The notes: generated by a model from the sequence alone, not told the origin. A stretch of 64,000 bases of DNA from Felis catus (GCF_018350175.1 NC_058368.1:97156001-97220000); one strand, 5' to 3'; numbered from the stretch's first letter, positions 1 through 12,870 are shown. Translations and numbers: made by a program.

Positions 1-200
1 TGACTTGGGCTCAGGTCATGATCTCATGGTCTGTGAGTTTGAGCTCCGCATCAGGCTCTACGCTGACAGCTCAGAGCCTGGAGCTATTTTGGATACTGTG
101 TCTCCCTCTCGCTCTGCCCCTCCCCTGTTCATGCTCTGTCTCTCTCTGTCTCTCTCTCTCAAAAATAAATAAACATATAAAAAATTTTTTAAATAAAAAA
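1..200 (+). mobile_element. Can-SINE (SINEC_Fc-type), 5' end cut by window edge
   Basis: ctcaggtcatgatctc...tgacagctcagagcctggag core, (CT)n region, aataaataaa A-rich tail. Confidence 0.93.
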
Positions 201-269
201 AGATCTAAGTCAACAAATATAATATTTCAAAGTTAGAAAAACTTGCAATCATAAAGAAGTAAACTCTTA

Positions 270-1790
270 AAATGATATGAGAATACATAATTCCAATAAA
301 AATCCAGGCTTTTTCCAAACCCTATGAGCTGGATCTAAAATTGACCCTAAAAAACAAAGATCAAAGTAGCCAAGATATTCCAGAAGAAGAATAATATAAA
401 GGGATGCCCCACCAGATACCAATATGTATTGCCAAGGGGAAGATATGATCTTGAAACCAGAAGGATTTCTTTCAAAAGGCACACACACACACATGCACAT
501 GCACACGCACGTGCGCAGAAGTCATAAAAAAAATTAATGGATTTGACTAAATTAAAATTAAGAACTTCAGGCAGAAAGACACCATAAAGAAAAAAAAGAC
601 ACAAGCTATAAACTGAAAGAAAACTGTAACACACAGGACTGACCAAGGATCCATATTTAGAATAAATAAAGAACTCCAAAATTAACTAGAAAGACACAAA
701 AAGTGGGAAAATGGGGGGAAAGACAGGAGCAGTCGCTTTGAAGAAGAGGAAACACAAACATCTGATAAGATGTTCAACCTGAACCTCATTAAACACAAAT
801 TAGAACCATAAAGAAAATACTATTTTAAGCCTGTGGGACAGGCAAAGATTAAAAAGCCTAAACATGTCAAAAGTTAGCAAACATTTAAAGCAACAGAAAT
901 TTATACACACTGCTGGTGGAAGTGTAAATTTGTACAATTGCTTTGAGAAACAATTTGGCATTACTGCACACATGTGTATTGTATATGCGTATATCCTACA
1001 ATCCTAAGTTTCTACATACAGTCCTCTCCTAGCTAGCTATGGCAAGTGACCTATACAGTAACTCTTAGTAACATCTTTTGTAATAGAGAAATAAAGAGAG
1101 CCAGTTCCCCTATTTCTACCAGTAGATAGGAAGACCAACTGTAGAAATTTTAATCAATAAAATGCTATAGAAGTAGTATTAGCAATAGGAAATAATTAAA
1201 GACAGGTATCCCCATCAACATAGACAAATCTCCAAAACCTACAAAACTCATCAAAACTATAGCCAAGAAGACTACATATGGCATAATTTCTTGTACATAA
1301 AATGCAAAACCTGCAACACTGAACAACAAAGTTTTACATATTCAAACAAAGCAAAAAGAATAACAGACACAAAATTAAGCATATCAGCTTCCTCTGAAAG
1401 GTCAGGAAAGGTGGATGGGATACACAAGGGCCTTCAAAAGTATTGAAACCTTCTGTATCATTTTTTTTAATGTTTATTCTTATTTTTGAGAGGCAGGGAG
1501 GGGCAGACAGAGGAGGAGACAGAGGATCCAAAGCAGGCTCCAGGCTCTGGGCGGTCAGCACAGAACCCAATGCGGGGCTCGAACTCACAGACCGTGGGAT
1601 CACGACCTGAGCCGAAATGAGCTGAGTTGGATGCTTCACTGACTGAGCCACCCAGGGGCCTCCGACAAATTCCATATCTTAAACTGAGCAGGACTCATAT
1701 ATGTGTGTGATGGTGTTACTTTTGATATCCTCCATATATATTGTAGTATCCCTTTGCACCTACTCAGTATTTAATAAAATTATTTATATA
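270..1790 (+). mobile_element. Ancient L1 (L1M/L1ME-like) ORF2-end and 3' UTR relic, interrupted by a SINE
   Basis: Degenerate L1 motifs such as attccaataaaaatcc, tagccaagatatt and cacactgctggtggaagtgtaaatttgtacaattgctttgagaaacaatttggc; boundaries approximate. Confidence 0.65.
1461..1663 (-). mobile_element. Can-SINE
   Basis: T-tract, gagaggcagggagggg, ...gactgagccacccaggggcc (reverse-strand head). Confidence 0.93.
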
Positions 1791-2426
1791 GGGTTAACAA
1801 CACTTAGCCACCTAAATGTAGGGACACTGTGATACTGTCATTGGTGTTGCAATGTTGGAATCTGTTAATTCTGTCATATGCAAAAATTATGAATATACAA
1901 AGTCACAGACCTAACATTAGATGTACAGTATCAAAAATGTGTCTCATCATCTGTAATGCTTGGACCATGAGCCAGGAGAGCTTCAGTCAGGAAATAGAAG
2001 GATGGATTAAAAGGAGAGATAGAGGCCCAGGCATTGGAGAAATGAAGACATGTGAGCACAAGAGACAACCCTGAGAGAAGTGTGCCGGGTTCTGGAATAG
2101 TCGGAGACTGAGTCCTAGAGGGGGAGAAGAACCAGCTGAGATGAAAAACTCCAGCCACTCAGGAAATACCCCAGTGTGGCTCCAATGCAGCCAGGTTTGA
2201 AGCCCAGGAACCTACAGGAGTGACCCTGCGGTGGGAGAGGGATCTGGGGAGGCCAGGAGTAAAACAAGAAAAATCTAAAAAATAAAATTAGGCTATACAC
2301 AGAGGCAAGGAGAAGAACAGCATAAGCTGGAAAGGGCCAGAGGGCTGTACAGAGGCCCTCCTACATTACACGTCTGTGGTATTTTCAGTCAACAACTGAC
2401 TGTCACATAGCCACATGAGAAATGAA

Positions 2427-2620
2427 TTTAAGTTTATTTATTTTGAGAGAGACAGAGAGAGCACAAGCAGGGGAGGGGCAGAGACAGAGGGAGAGAGAGA
2501 ATTTCAAGCAGCCTCTGTACCATCAGCACAGAGCCCAACATGGGGCTCAAACTCACAAAACTGTGAGACCGTGACCTGAGCCAAAATCAGATGCTCAACC
2601 AATTGAGCCACCCAGGTGCC
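2427..2620 (-). mobile_element. Can-SINE
   Basis: tttatttattttgagagagac...tgagccacccaggtgcc. Confidence 0.92.
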
Positions 2621-2693
2621 ACAAACACAGAAAATTATTAAGGTAATTTCTCAGGCTACAGTCTGAGAAAAGCAAAACACAGAGGTAGTACAC

Positions 2694-3440
2694 CAGTGAT
2701 CTTGGCCCACAGATGTGTTCTGATTGGTCTACTCTCAATGTTATTTTCTTTTTTTTTTTTAATTTTAATTTCAATTAGTCACCAACATTTAAAACCCATA
2801 TTTCCAATTTGAGTTGAAACCAGAAGGTATGGCAACACAGGGCCTGGATTTTTTTTTTTTAATTTAAATCCAAGTTAGTTAACATATAGCGTAATACTGG
2901 TTTCCGGAGTAGAACCCAGTGATTTATCACTTACATAGAACACCCAGTTCTCAACCCAACAAGTGCCCTCCTCAATGCCCACCACCCATCTAACCCATCC
3001 CCCACCCACTGCCACTCCAGAAACCTTCAGTTTGTTCTATTTAAGAGTCTCTTATGGTTTGCCTCCCTCTCTGTTGTTATCTTTTTCCTTCCTTTCCCCT
3101 ATGTTCATCTGTTTCGTTTCTTAAATTCCACATATGGGTGAGATCATAGGATATGTATCTTTCTCTGACTGACTTATTTCACTTAGCATAGTATACTCTA
3201 GTTCCATCCATGTTGTTGCAAATGGCAGGATTTCATTCTTTTTGATCACCAAGTAATATTCCATTGTAAAGAACCCAAATGTCTGTTGACCAACAGATGG
3301 ATAAAGAAGATGTGGTACATATACACAAGGGCCTGGATTAGTAAAGGCCAACAGTCGGCTAGAATAGAGCAGCCGCTGACTGCTTTGGGTGTGGCAGTGC
3401 TCTGCGGTTCACTGACACCCAGGCGACACCATTTGCTCCT
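2694..3440. mobile_element. MER103-like hAT DNA transposon relic split by an L1 insertion
   Basis: ggcccacagatgtgtt...cagaaggtatggcaacacagggcc continues after the L1 as ...cggctagaatagagcagccgctg; resemblance to recalled consensus only. Confidence 0.4.
2851..3327 (-). mobile_element. Short carnivore L1 3' end with a 60-bp 5' inversion
   Basis: T-tract at 2851; ORF2 C-terminus TMEYYLVIKKNEILPFATTWMELE on - strand; inverted KEPK...WIKKMWYIYT on + (3268-3327); TSD agggcctggatt at 2839-2850 and 3328-3339. Confidence 0.9.
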
Positions 3441-3523
3441 GTTCCCTGCTGTTCCCTGTCAATATTTAACTTTGGTAACCTTTGGGAAAACAAGAGAGAT
3501 GACTGTACAAAAATGAGTCTCCC

Positions 3524-3846
<323 letters not shown>

Positions 3847-4492
3847 AAAAATGAGTCTCCTGAGATAGATGCTTAAAGGGAGGGAGGGCAGCCTTTCACC
3901 CTAAACCTGGGAGCTGTAGAAACAGGCTATATTGAATTCTCCTGGTTTGTCTTAGAGTTTTCATTTTATGTGCATACATTTATCATTTCCACCTCAATGA
4001 GAGCAAAAGAATATGTGATTACATAATGGTTTTATTTTGAGACATTTGATTCCCCTTTTTAAAGGCTTCATTTTTCTTGTTTTTATGTGTATCAACCTCA
4101 CCAACATCTGCCCTGAGCAGCTGCTCCTCAGGGAGCTGTCACAGATGACCATAAGCTGGTGACTGGACTCAGGGAAACACATAAGGCAACAATTCAGTGC
4201 ACCTGTGGTCTACGTGGAAACTAAAGGCACTGCCAGCCCAGCCTAGCAGGCAGACACCAGGAACAAGGAGGTCCTGGAGTTAAAACTTAGGACAGATCAG
4301 TGATCTAGGAAGTGTTACAATACTGACTATAGCTGCGTGTCAAAACAGAGTCGCAGGAAGAATGTACAGTAATGTTTGGGCCTTTCCAAATATACAAATA
4401 TACCCAGCATTTGCTGTCCTTGGAACCAGAGATAAGTTCGCTCCTTGAGGAAAACCAAGTAATATAAACCCACCTAAGAATATATCAGGGCA

Positions 4493-4715
4493 GGGGCGCC
4501 TGGGTGGCGCAGTCGGTTAAGCGTCCGACTTCAGCCAGGTCACGATCTCGCGGTCCGTGAGTTCGAGCCCCGCGTCGGGCTCTGGGCTGATGGCTCAGAG
4601 CCTGGAGCCTGTTTCCGATTCTGTCTCCCTCTCTCTCTGCCCCTCCCCCGTTCATGCTCTGTCTCTCTCTGTCCCAAAAATAAATAAACGTTGAAAAAAA
4701 AATTAAAAAAAAAAA
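4493..4715 (+). mobile_element. Young SINEC_Fc (CpG-intact)
   Basis: ggggcgcctgggtggcgcagtcggttaagcgtccgacttcagccaggtcacg; TSD aagaatatatcagggc at 4476-4491 and 4716-4731. Confidence 0.97.
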
Positions 4716-4732
4716 AAGAATATATCAGGGCT

Positions 4733-4916
4733 GGGCACCTGGGTGGCTCAGTTGGTTAAGCATCTGACTCTTGACTTCAGCTCAGGTCATGATCTACAGT
4801 TTGTGAATTCAAGCTGACAGCCGGGAGCCTGCTTGGGATTCTCACTCCCTCTCTCTGCCCCTCCCAGGCTCATGCTCTCTATCTCAAAATAATTTTTAAA
4901 AACTATTAAAATTAAA
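4733..4916 (+). mobile_element. Older Can-SINE with internal deletion
   Basis: gggcacctgggtggctcagttgg head; flanked by aagaatatatcagggctg and aaaaatacatcagggctg. Confidence 0.92.
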
Positions 4917-5429
4917 AAAAATACATCAGGGCTGAGAAGAAAGGAGAATGGGGAGAAGCAAGTACAAATTATCAGGCCTTGTTGATAATACCTCCTTGCT
5001 GATATGGCATATAAGTATAAACCCAGACTTTGGGGGTGACCCAGAAACACAACAAGGTGGTTTTGATGGACTATTTGTATTTCAATACATGTCTCCCCCT
5101 TGCTGGGAGACTCCCAAGTTTTTCCATTGGGCCCATATCCACTTTAAGTGGCCGTGCAGAGTAATACCATAAAACAAAGAACAAGAGAACAACCTTCTCC
5201 CACAAACTAAAGTCTCCATGGTTCTACATGAGGCACTTTAAAGAAATAAATAGAATAAGATGTGGAGCATCTTCGTCTACAGAAGCATTAGGGTTAAGTG
5301 GCATTTCTTCCTTTCCCTGCTCCCCTTTAGAAGTTGAGAGAATGCAGCTACTGGAGCACATGGTCTACTAGTCAACCCAGCAACAGCATGTCTGTATGGC
5401 TATTAACAGGGAGAGAAAACTATGTTAAG

Positions 5430-5655
5430 AATCAGATGACTTAATCTGTAATCTAGATCAGCTCTGCCACTTAATGGGCAAGTGGCCTTGGGCAGGTCAC
5501 CTCACCTCTCTGAACCTCGGTCGAAACAACCATAAAATGGGAATAAGAAAAACTGAGCCATGGAACTACCAGGGTTGTTGGAGGATCCGATAAAACAAAG
5601 CATGAGAACACATATCAGAAGGACGTAAAATGCTTCACCCATGTAGAAGACTACT
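5430..5655 (+). mobile_element. MIR SINE relic
   Basis: ctctgccactt...ccttgggcaggtcacctcacctctctgaacctc...taaaatgggaataa...agggttgttggagga core. Confidence 0.7.
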
Positions 5656-5785
5656 ACTGAACCATTTTATATGATACCTTGTACTCATGACAGGTTCACT
5701 TTAGTTGCTTGATAGGAAAGCACACAATACGTACAGAAAACTCCAGTATCAATTGTCCACGGGAAGACTGTAGTCATAAAACAGG

Positions 5786-6295
5786 TGTGATGGTTAATTT
5801 TGTCTGTCAATCTCACTGGCCACAGAGTGTCCAGATTAAACATTATTTCTGGGTGTGTCTGTGAGGGTGTTTCAGGATGAGGTTAACATTTCAATAGGTG
5901 GACTCAATAAACGAGACTGCACTTTCTAAGGTGGGCGGGCATTATCCAATCCACAGAGGGCCTAAATAGAGCAAAAGGGAGAAGGAAAAATTCACCCCTT
6001 TTTTCATCTGCCTCACTGCTTGAATTGGGACATCTCATCTCATCTTCTTCAGTCCTTGGGCTGGGATTTACACCACTAGCTCCCTGGTTCTCAGGCCTTC
6101 AGATGCAGACTGAATTACAACACCAGCTTTCCGGAGTCTCCACCTTGCAGATGGCAGATGGTGGGACTTCTGAGCCCCCATAATCACACGAGCCAATTCT
6201 TCATAACAAATCTCTCTCCCCCACCATTCTGTCTCAATATCTATCTGTACACACACATACACACACACACACAAATTATATTTATACATACATAC

Positions 6296-6339
<44 letters not shown>

Positions 6340-6370
6340 CCTGTTAATTCTGTTTCTCTGATGAACCCTG
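5786..6370 (+). mobile_element. MLT2 (ERVL) solo LTR with internal (CA)/(TG) microsatellite
   Basis: Starts tgtgatggttaattt; contains attatttctgggtgtgtctgtgagggtgtt; ends atcctgttaattctgtttctctgatgaaccctg. Confidence 0.85.
6249..6337. repeat. (CA)n ... (TG)n microsatellite
   Basis: Direct reading. Confidence 0.95.
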
Positions 6371-6989
6371 TTCTCCATTTTCTACCACATTAAGACCCAG
6401 GACTACACATCTACTAAATATCATGCAAAGCATTTGGGAAAAAATTATTAGTCCTACTCTAAATTAGATCTCTTATGATATTGAAAATTCTACAAGTTCC
6501 AGTTTGGATGTAGAGCCAATAGTAGTCACATACCCAGTCCAGAACCTTCATCGAGCATTTCCAAAGTCCTCAGAACAACTGACTCTTTTCACTAAGTCAG
6601 TGCACTATCTAGTTAGACTGGACCTTAGCAAGAACCATCAACTGAAAACAAAAAGAATTCAAAGATGCTTCCTGTTCAGATGCTGGCCTTCAAAGTATAA
6701 TGTGCTTTGGCCAAGATATTTAAGTGCTTTATTTAAAACACTGACGATCACAAAAATTTGAAATGACCCCTATTTGCAAATTTGTCTTGCATATGTGAAT
6801 TTTTAAAATTTTATTGTTCAGTATTTTGGTATATGCAAAAGAATACATGTGAAACATATATGTGCTCTGGAGTATAATAATAAAAAAGAACACACATAAA
6901 CCCAAAATCCAATTTAAGAACCAGAACCTGTTCTGGTAACAGGAGTAGACAGAATAAAAATGATAATGATATAGGATCTTGCAATTCCT

Positions 6990-7207
6990 GGGGCCCCCGG
7001 TGGCTCACTCGGTTAAACTTCCAACTCTTGGTTTTGGCTCAGGTCATGTCTCATGGTTTGTGGGTTTGAGCCCCACATCGGGCTCTGTGCTGACAGTATG
7101 TAACCTGCTTGGGATTCTCTCTCCCTCTCTCTGTGCCATTCCCCTGTTTGATCTCTCTTTCTCTCCAAATAAATAAATAAACTGAAAAAATATATATGAA
7201 AAAAAAA
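6990..7207 (+). mobile_element. Can-SINE
   Basis: TSD aggatctYgcaattcctg at 6973-6990 and 7208-7225; SINE core and A-tail. Confidence 0.93.
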
Positions 7208-7616
7208 AGGATCTCGCAATTCCTGAAGGCTGTCATTGCAAACATCAGAATGCTGGGCATATCCTCAAGTAGGTGAAAATTGTTTTCTCACACTCACTTT
7301 TGCTTTCTTTATCCCTTCCAGGGGCATATGAGTTTTAAAACAAAAATGGCCAGATGAAGAAAAGCCTAATAAATCAAAGGAATGGTTCTCTATTGATGGC
7401 ACTCAGACACCACTAATGGACCAGGTGGTGAGATATCTTTGCACAAGTAGCCCTCTGATACATAAGCAACTGCCATCTCCAACGTATTAGGAAAACAAAA
7501 AGTTTATGGGCAAAAACTCTGTATGTGACAAGACTCTAAAACTCAGGTATCTTCAAGTTTGAACATGATGAACTGAGAGCCAAGCTAAAAAACAGACAAC
7601 TCAGTTGAGTATTGTA

Positions 7617-8090
7617 CATTCCCCTTCTCTGCAGGGAATATGTTCCAAGACCCCCAGGGCAGGCCTGGAACCACAGATACTATTGAACCCTACATCTGCT
7701 ATGTTTTTTCCTATGGGTACATACCTATGATAAAGTTAAATTAATGAATTATGTGCAGTAAGAGATTAACAACAATAATAAAATAGAACTAATGATAAAA
7801 TAGAACAATTACAATAGTATATTGTAATACAACTTATGTGAAGGAGACAGAAGAAGGGCTCTCTTGCTCTTTCAAAATACCTTACTGTACTGTACTCACC
7901 TTTCTCGTAGGATGGTGTGAGATGATAAAATGCCTACGCGATGAGATAAAGTGAGGTGATGAAGCGTTAGGTTACTAGCATCAACCTTCTGACCGTGTAT
8001 CAGAAAAAGGACCATCTGCCTCCAGATTGTAGTCAATTGCCGGTAACTGAAACTGAAGAAAGTAAAACTATAGATAAGAGGGTACTACTG
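7617..8090 (-). mobile_element. MER44B/Tigger7-like TcMar MITE
   Basis: Degenerate TIRs (cattccccttctctgcaggg ... gataagagggtactactg) flanked by TA; internal tgttccaagacccccag and ggtaactgaaac motifs. Confidence 0.8.
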
Positions 8091-8519
8091 TATTTTAAAA
8101 TCTTAATTTTCAAACTACTCTCCGTAAGACAGAAATTAACACAGGGCTACAAGCTTCAGTAACTGACAGAGAGATAATACGGAGGCACAACCCTCACTCT
8201 GATTCTACACATTGTCAGTCTTTGTTGCTCAGGTGTGGATAGCAACATACTTAGATCTTTTCTTAAAGCGAACACTTCTAGATCATATGCATTGCTCTGA
8301 GTGTCTCTACTTCCCTTAACTGATGGGAAGTTCTAGTTCCACATAAAGGACGCACCACTAAACTCAATTATAGCCTGTCAGTACATAGATCGCAGGGCAA
8401 AAGAAGATCCAATAGACTAGAGGCAAAATTCAGCTTGCGTGACCTGGAGAAATTTATCATCCTCATGCACTTTTCAACTTCCTCCTTCGAAACATGAGAA
8501 AACAAGACTAGATAAGTTC

Positions 8520-8739
8520 TTTTTCTTTTTTTTTTACATTTATTTATTTTTGACAGACAAAAAGAGAGAGCACGGAGGGTGTGGGGGGTCAGAGAGAGAA
8601 TGAGACACAGAACCTGAAGCAGGCTCCAGGTTCCAAGCTGCCAGCATAGAGCCCAACACAGGGCTCCAACTCACAAACCATGAGATTATGACCTGAGCCA
8701 AAGTCAGGTGCCCAACCAATTCAGCCACCGAGGCACCCC
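8520..8739 (-). mobile_element. Can-SINE
   Basis: T-tract and core; diverged TSD caagactagataagttc / caagactacgtaagttc. Confidence 0.92.
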
Positions 8740-10213
8740 AAGACTACGTAAGTTCCTAACTCCATTCCAATCCTAAAATTCTGAAACTGCCCTTGATTCT
8801 AACATTCAATCTCTCTGTTAAAAGAAATGCTTTTATGATACACCACAAATTCTTCTGTGTGATCCTGGAATCTTAGAGGAAAGAGAGCTTCCCACCATGT
8901 CTGCCTTGCAATCTATTCTAATTTAATCTTTCTCTCTCCTAAATTCCAAGGGATCTGTGGTCAGATTGAATGCTACTGAACCTGAACCAATACCTGAAAC
9001 AAAAAAAGGAGACCACGGCAAAGAATCTAGCATCCTTATGATCAATTTTTCCCCAGCAGAAAAACAAAGTTCACTCTTTTTTGTTCCACTTGACAAACAT
9101 ACAATCAAGCAGTGCCTCTTCTGAAGCTTATCAGTGTGGTGAGACCACTTTCTACTAAGCCCTGTATTAAACAATAACTAATTAACTCTACTCTCAAGGC
9201 CCTTCAATTTGAAGTAATTTTATTCTACTAAGAGAAAATGTTTCTCTTGAGTCTATTCTTAGAAGTGTCAAATCTTCTTCACAATGAATACCTTTAAGCA
9301 TGTTTTGAATATCAGAAAACAGGCTTTAAATACAAGTTACAGAACAGTTTCTCAATAGGTTTGGAAAAATGCGTGTTATTCCACTGAAAGTCGAATGTCT
9401 CCTTCCTTCCTTCCCCATTTCCTTCTGCATTGCAACTAAGAAGTTCATAGATATTATGGAGGTGGGGTATTCTCAGGTAGCCTCTGCTGCAGGTGTGAGA
9501 GAAGACAGATCCAGCTAGCTATAAGCATTTCTCACTTGAACTTCTGCTATTTTTATATCTGGATGATTTCCCCCCAACCATGAAAATTTCAGTTCAGTTC
9601 ACATAAAGAGTGAGCCACTCATTAATAATAATCAGAAAAAGAGGATGAATCCAGAATAAAGGGCGTTGCTTCTCAACCAGGCCCACCATGGTGTCACATT
9701 TAGAAAAAAAAAAAAATTAAACTTGAAACCCATAAAAAATTGAAAGGCAATTTAAATCATTAATCCAGTCCCTTGCAAAATGCCAAAGGGATTACTATAC
9801 ATTATGTTCAACAGCGCTTCCAGCCTTGTGTGTATGACAGCTCTCAGTACATCATAGCACTTGCACCAACCACTCTCCCAGTCTTACTTTTGGGCCTCCC
9901 AACAAATAGTCCTTCCACTTCAGCCCAAACTGGATCTTCTGTCCCCTTTAGTCAGGATTTCTCTGAGTAAGCTTTCTTCTAATATTAACTCTTTACCCAT
10001 TCCCATGTAAATCTGATGCAAATTTAACCTTTCTTACTTCCTTTTGATTCCCATTTCTATCCATTACACTTTCAACCAAAGCCCAGACCCATTGCTGCCA
10101 CTGACAGCAGAAGATCCTTTCTATTCAGGAGATGGGGGAGTGAGAAACTGTGAATATTCATAAACCAATGCTTTCAATCAGGTCGTAAGGAATGAACAGT
10201 GGCTGATTATGGT

Positions 10214-10620
10214 CTGTGAGCACTTAGGATTCATTCCCATCCCTTTCTACATACTCCCTTGTTTAGATGGGGCTTAAACAATTAAGTTATTACAATTAGA
10301 CGTACTGCAAGAGTTTTGGGAGTGAGGAAAAGGCCATCATCCTGCTGCTATTGCTGCTGATCAAAAGGGGCAAGGGTACTTGAGGTTGTGTCACCAGCTC
10401 AGGATTCCCTGGTGGCACAGGCAACTGTGGCAGCAACAGAAGCCATAGCTGGAGCGGTTTCCTGGTCTTGGGATTCCAGCCACAGTCTAAACCCTTGAAA
10501 TCAATAGACAAAAGGCAGTCCCTAACTTCTGTTCCTTCTAATCTCTAACTCCTTATATTAAATCCTTCTAACTGAAATACCGAGAGTGGTTTCTGTGCTC
10601 TAACCTGACTCGACCAATAT
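10214..10620 (+). mobile_element. Old ERVL-type LTR relic (LTR33-like)
   Basis: 3' end attaaatccttctaactgaaataccgagagtggtttctgtg resembles recalled LTR33 terminus; 5' boundary uncertain. Confidence 0.45.
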
Positions 10621-10677
10621 TAGGGGTTAATACAAGAGTTAGGGACTAATAGAGAGAGAGAGAGAGGACACAAAGAT

Positions 10678-10889
10678 GGGGCACCTGGGTGGCTGAGTCG
10701 GTTAAGTGTCTAACTTCAGCTCAGGTCATGATCTTGCAGTTTGTGAGTTCAAGCCCTGCTATGGGCTCTGTGCTGACAGCTCAGAGCCTGGAGCATGCTT
10801 TGGATTCTGTGTCTCCTTCTATCTCTGCCTGTCCTCTGCTTATGCTGTCTTTCTCTCTCAAAAATAAACATTTAAAAATTAAAAAAACA
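10678..10889 (+). mobile_element. Can-SINE (host of nested SINE)
   Basis: ggggcacctgggtggctgagtcgg head; tail interrupted by next SINE; flank acacaaag recurs near 11134-11141. Confidence 0.93.
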
Positions 10890-11110
10890 GGGGCGCCTGG
10901 GTGGCGCAGTCGGTTAAGCGTCCGACTTCAGCCAGGTCACGATCTCGCGGTCCGTGAGTTCGAGCCCCGTGTCGGGCTCTGGGCTGATGGCTCAGAGCCC
11001 GGAGCCTGTTTCCGATTCTGTGTCTCCCTCTCTCTCTGCCCCTCCCCCGTTCATGCTCTGTCTCTCTCTGTCCCAAAAATAAATAAACGTTGAAAAAAAA
11101 AATCTTAAAA
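10890..11110 (+). mobile_element. Young SINEC_Fc inserted in the A-tail of the preceding SINE
   Basis: Near-identical to 4493-4715; TSD aaaaattaaaaaaaca / aaaaatttaaaaaaca. Confidence 0.96.
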
Positions 11111-11220
11111 AAAAATTTAAAAAACAATAAAGAACACAAAGCAAAAGGCAAGGAAGGAAAAGTAGAGATTTTTCTGCAGGCATTTTGGGGATCAAGAAAA
11201 CTGTGACAAAGTAAAATTGA

Positions 11221-11911
11221 CATTAGCCATCAGGAAAATGCAAAACAAAACCACATTGAGGCAACATTTCCTACTCACGAGGATGACTAGAATAAAATTT
11301 AAAAAATATACCTAACAAGAATTGATGAGGATGTGGAGAAATCAGAACACTCATACACCACAGTAAAAATGTAAAATAGTGCAGCCACTTTGGAAATCAG
11401 ATGGGCAGCTCCCCAAAATGTTAAAAATGGAGTTACCTTATGACCCAGCAATTCTACTTCTAGGTTTTCACTTCTAGGAGAAGTAAAAACATATAACAAA
11501 AAAAAAAATGTGTACATAAATACAGAAGTATTATTAATAATGTTCAAGAAGTAGAAATAATACAAATACCCATCAAGTGATAATTAGATAAATAAAATGT
11601 GGCATATCTATAACATGAAATATTATTAAGCAATAAAAGCAAGTGAACATGCATGAACTTGAAAACAGCATGCTAAGTAAAAGAAGCTAGTCACAAAAGA
11701 CCACATACTCTGAGATTCTGTTTATATGAAATGTCCATATTAGGCAAATCTATAGACACTGAAAAGTAGATTAGTGGTTGCCTAGGGATGGCGAGATAGG
11801 GACTCAGAGAAGGATGAATAAGGGTGCAAGATTTCTTTGGGGAGAAATAAAAAAGTTCTAAAATTCTAATGGTGTATGCACAACCCTGAATATACTAAAG
11901 CCAATGAAGTT
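11221..11911 (+). mobile_element. Old L1 (L1MB/L1MC-like) 3' end
   Basis: cattagccatcaggaaaatgcaaaacaaaaccac, gagttaccttatgacccagcaattc, ggcaaatctatagac...aaagtagattagtggttgcctaggg. Confidence 0.85.
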
Positions 11912-12670
11912 GCTGCAGGTACTTTGGGGATCCCGACATGGGAAAGCTGGGTAGGAATATGTTTAGTCTGAGATCAGTGGGATATATTTATGTGGTTTAC
12001 AGTCATCTCCGTGCATCTCTTGCACCACGTACACAATTCCACAGTGCCAGGTGCCATAGGCCACATGTCCGTCTAGCCTTCCCAATTTATGTGTCCTCTT
12101 TCCACCTCAAAGCTCTCCTTAAACAAAGCATGCCAGAAGAGCTGATGTGTCTCACTCTGTCTCTATAGAAAGCTAGATTATAAAATTGTCATAAAAATGC
12201 AAGCAGAAGTCCGCAGCCAAAATGGGTCGTGCAATTTATTAACAGTAGTATCACATTATTTTCCAAATTATGGGAGGTTTAGAGTATTGGCCAGCTTTTT
12301 TTAAATGTGTTACTTCCCTTGATTTTTTTCTCTTGTTCTAAATAAGCATCCATATCTAATCAGTACCTAACAGTGTGTTTTTAAGTATAAAACTCACTTT
12401 TATTTTTTTTAACTTTATTTATTTATTCTGAGAGAGAGACAGAGAGAGCACTCGGGGGAAGGGCAGAGAGAAAGAGAGAATCCCAAGTAAGCTCAGCACT
12501 GTCAGTGCAGAGCCCAATGCAGGGCTCAATCCCATGAACCATGAGATCATGACCTGAGCCGAAACCGAGAGTCAGATGCTTAACCAACTGAGCCACCTAG
12601 GTGTCCCATTGTATATTCTTCTTCTAAAAGAGAGTCCCCCAAACTATCTCTTCCTCAACCACAAATTCTT
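11912..12670 (+). mobile_element. Zaphod/MER115-like hAT-Tip100 relic interrupted by a SINE
   Basis: gtgggatatatttatgtggttt, gccttcccaatttatgtgtcctc and terminal ttcttcttctaaaagagagtcccccaaa resemble recalled consensus. Confidence 0.5.
12398..12607 (-). mobile_element. Can-SINE
   Basis: tttatttatttattctgagagagag...caactgagccacctaggtgtccc. Confidence 0.92.
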
Positions 12671-12870
12671 CTGCCATGAAACTTTAAAGAATATGGTTCA
12701 CATGGTAGTATGCTATACATTTTTGTGATATAATTACTCATGTGTCCAAACAGCATATATAAAAATATTCTCAGAATTTTAACCTGAAATTCCAGTATCA
12801 TGGAGAAAATTTTAGTTAAAGTTTCAAATGGGTAAAGGAACTTAATTTTAAAACTACACTGAAAAGAATT

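Noticed and set aside
1828..2370. TG...CA-bounded purine-rich segment suggestive of an ancient LTR
   Set aside because: No TSD and no family match I can state with confidence
4493..4575. tRNA-like A/B box sequence
   Set aside because: tRNA-derived head of a Can-SINE, not a tRNA gene
7322..7430. Strong polypyrimidine tract and AG followed by a possible donor
   Set aside because: Stop codons in all three frames; no other support
10689..11223. 134-aa and 114-aa ORFs, and similar MAQSVK.../ERERE ORFs elsewhere
   Set aside because: Translations of Can-SINEs and their (CT)n tracts
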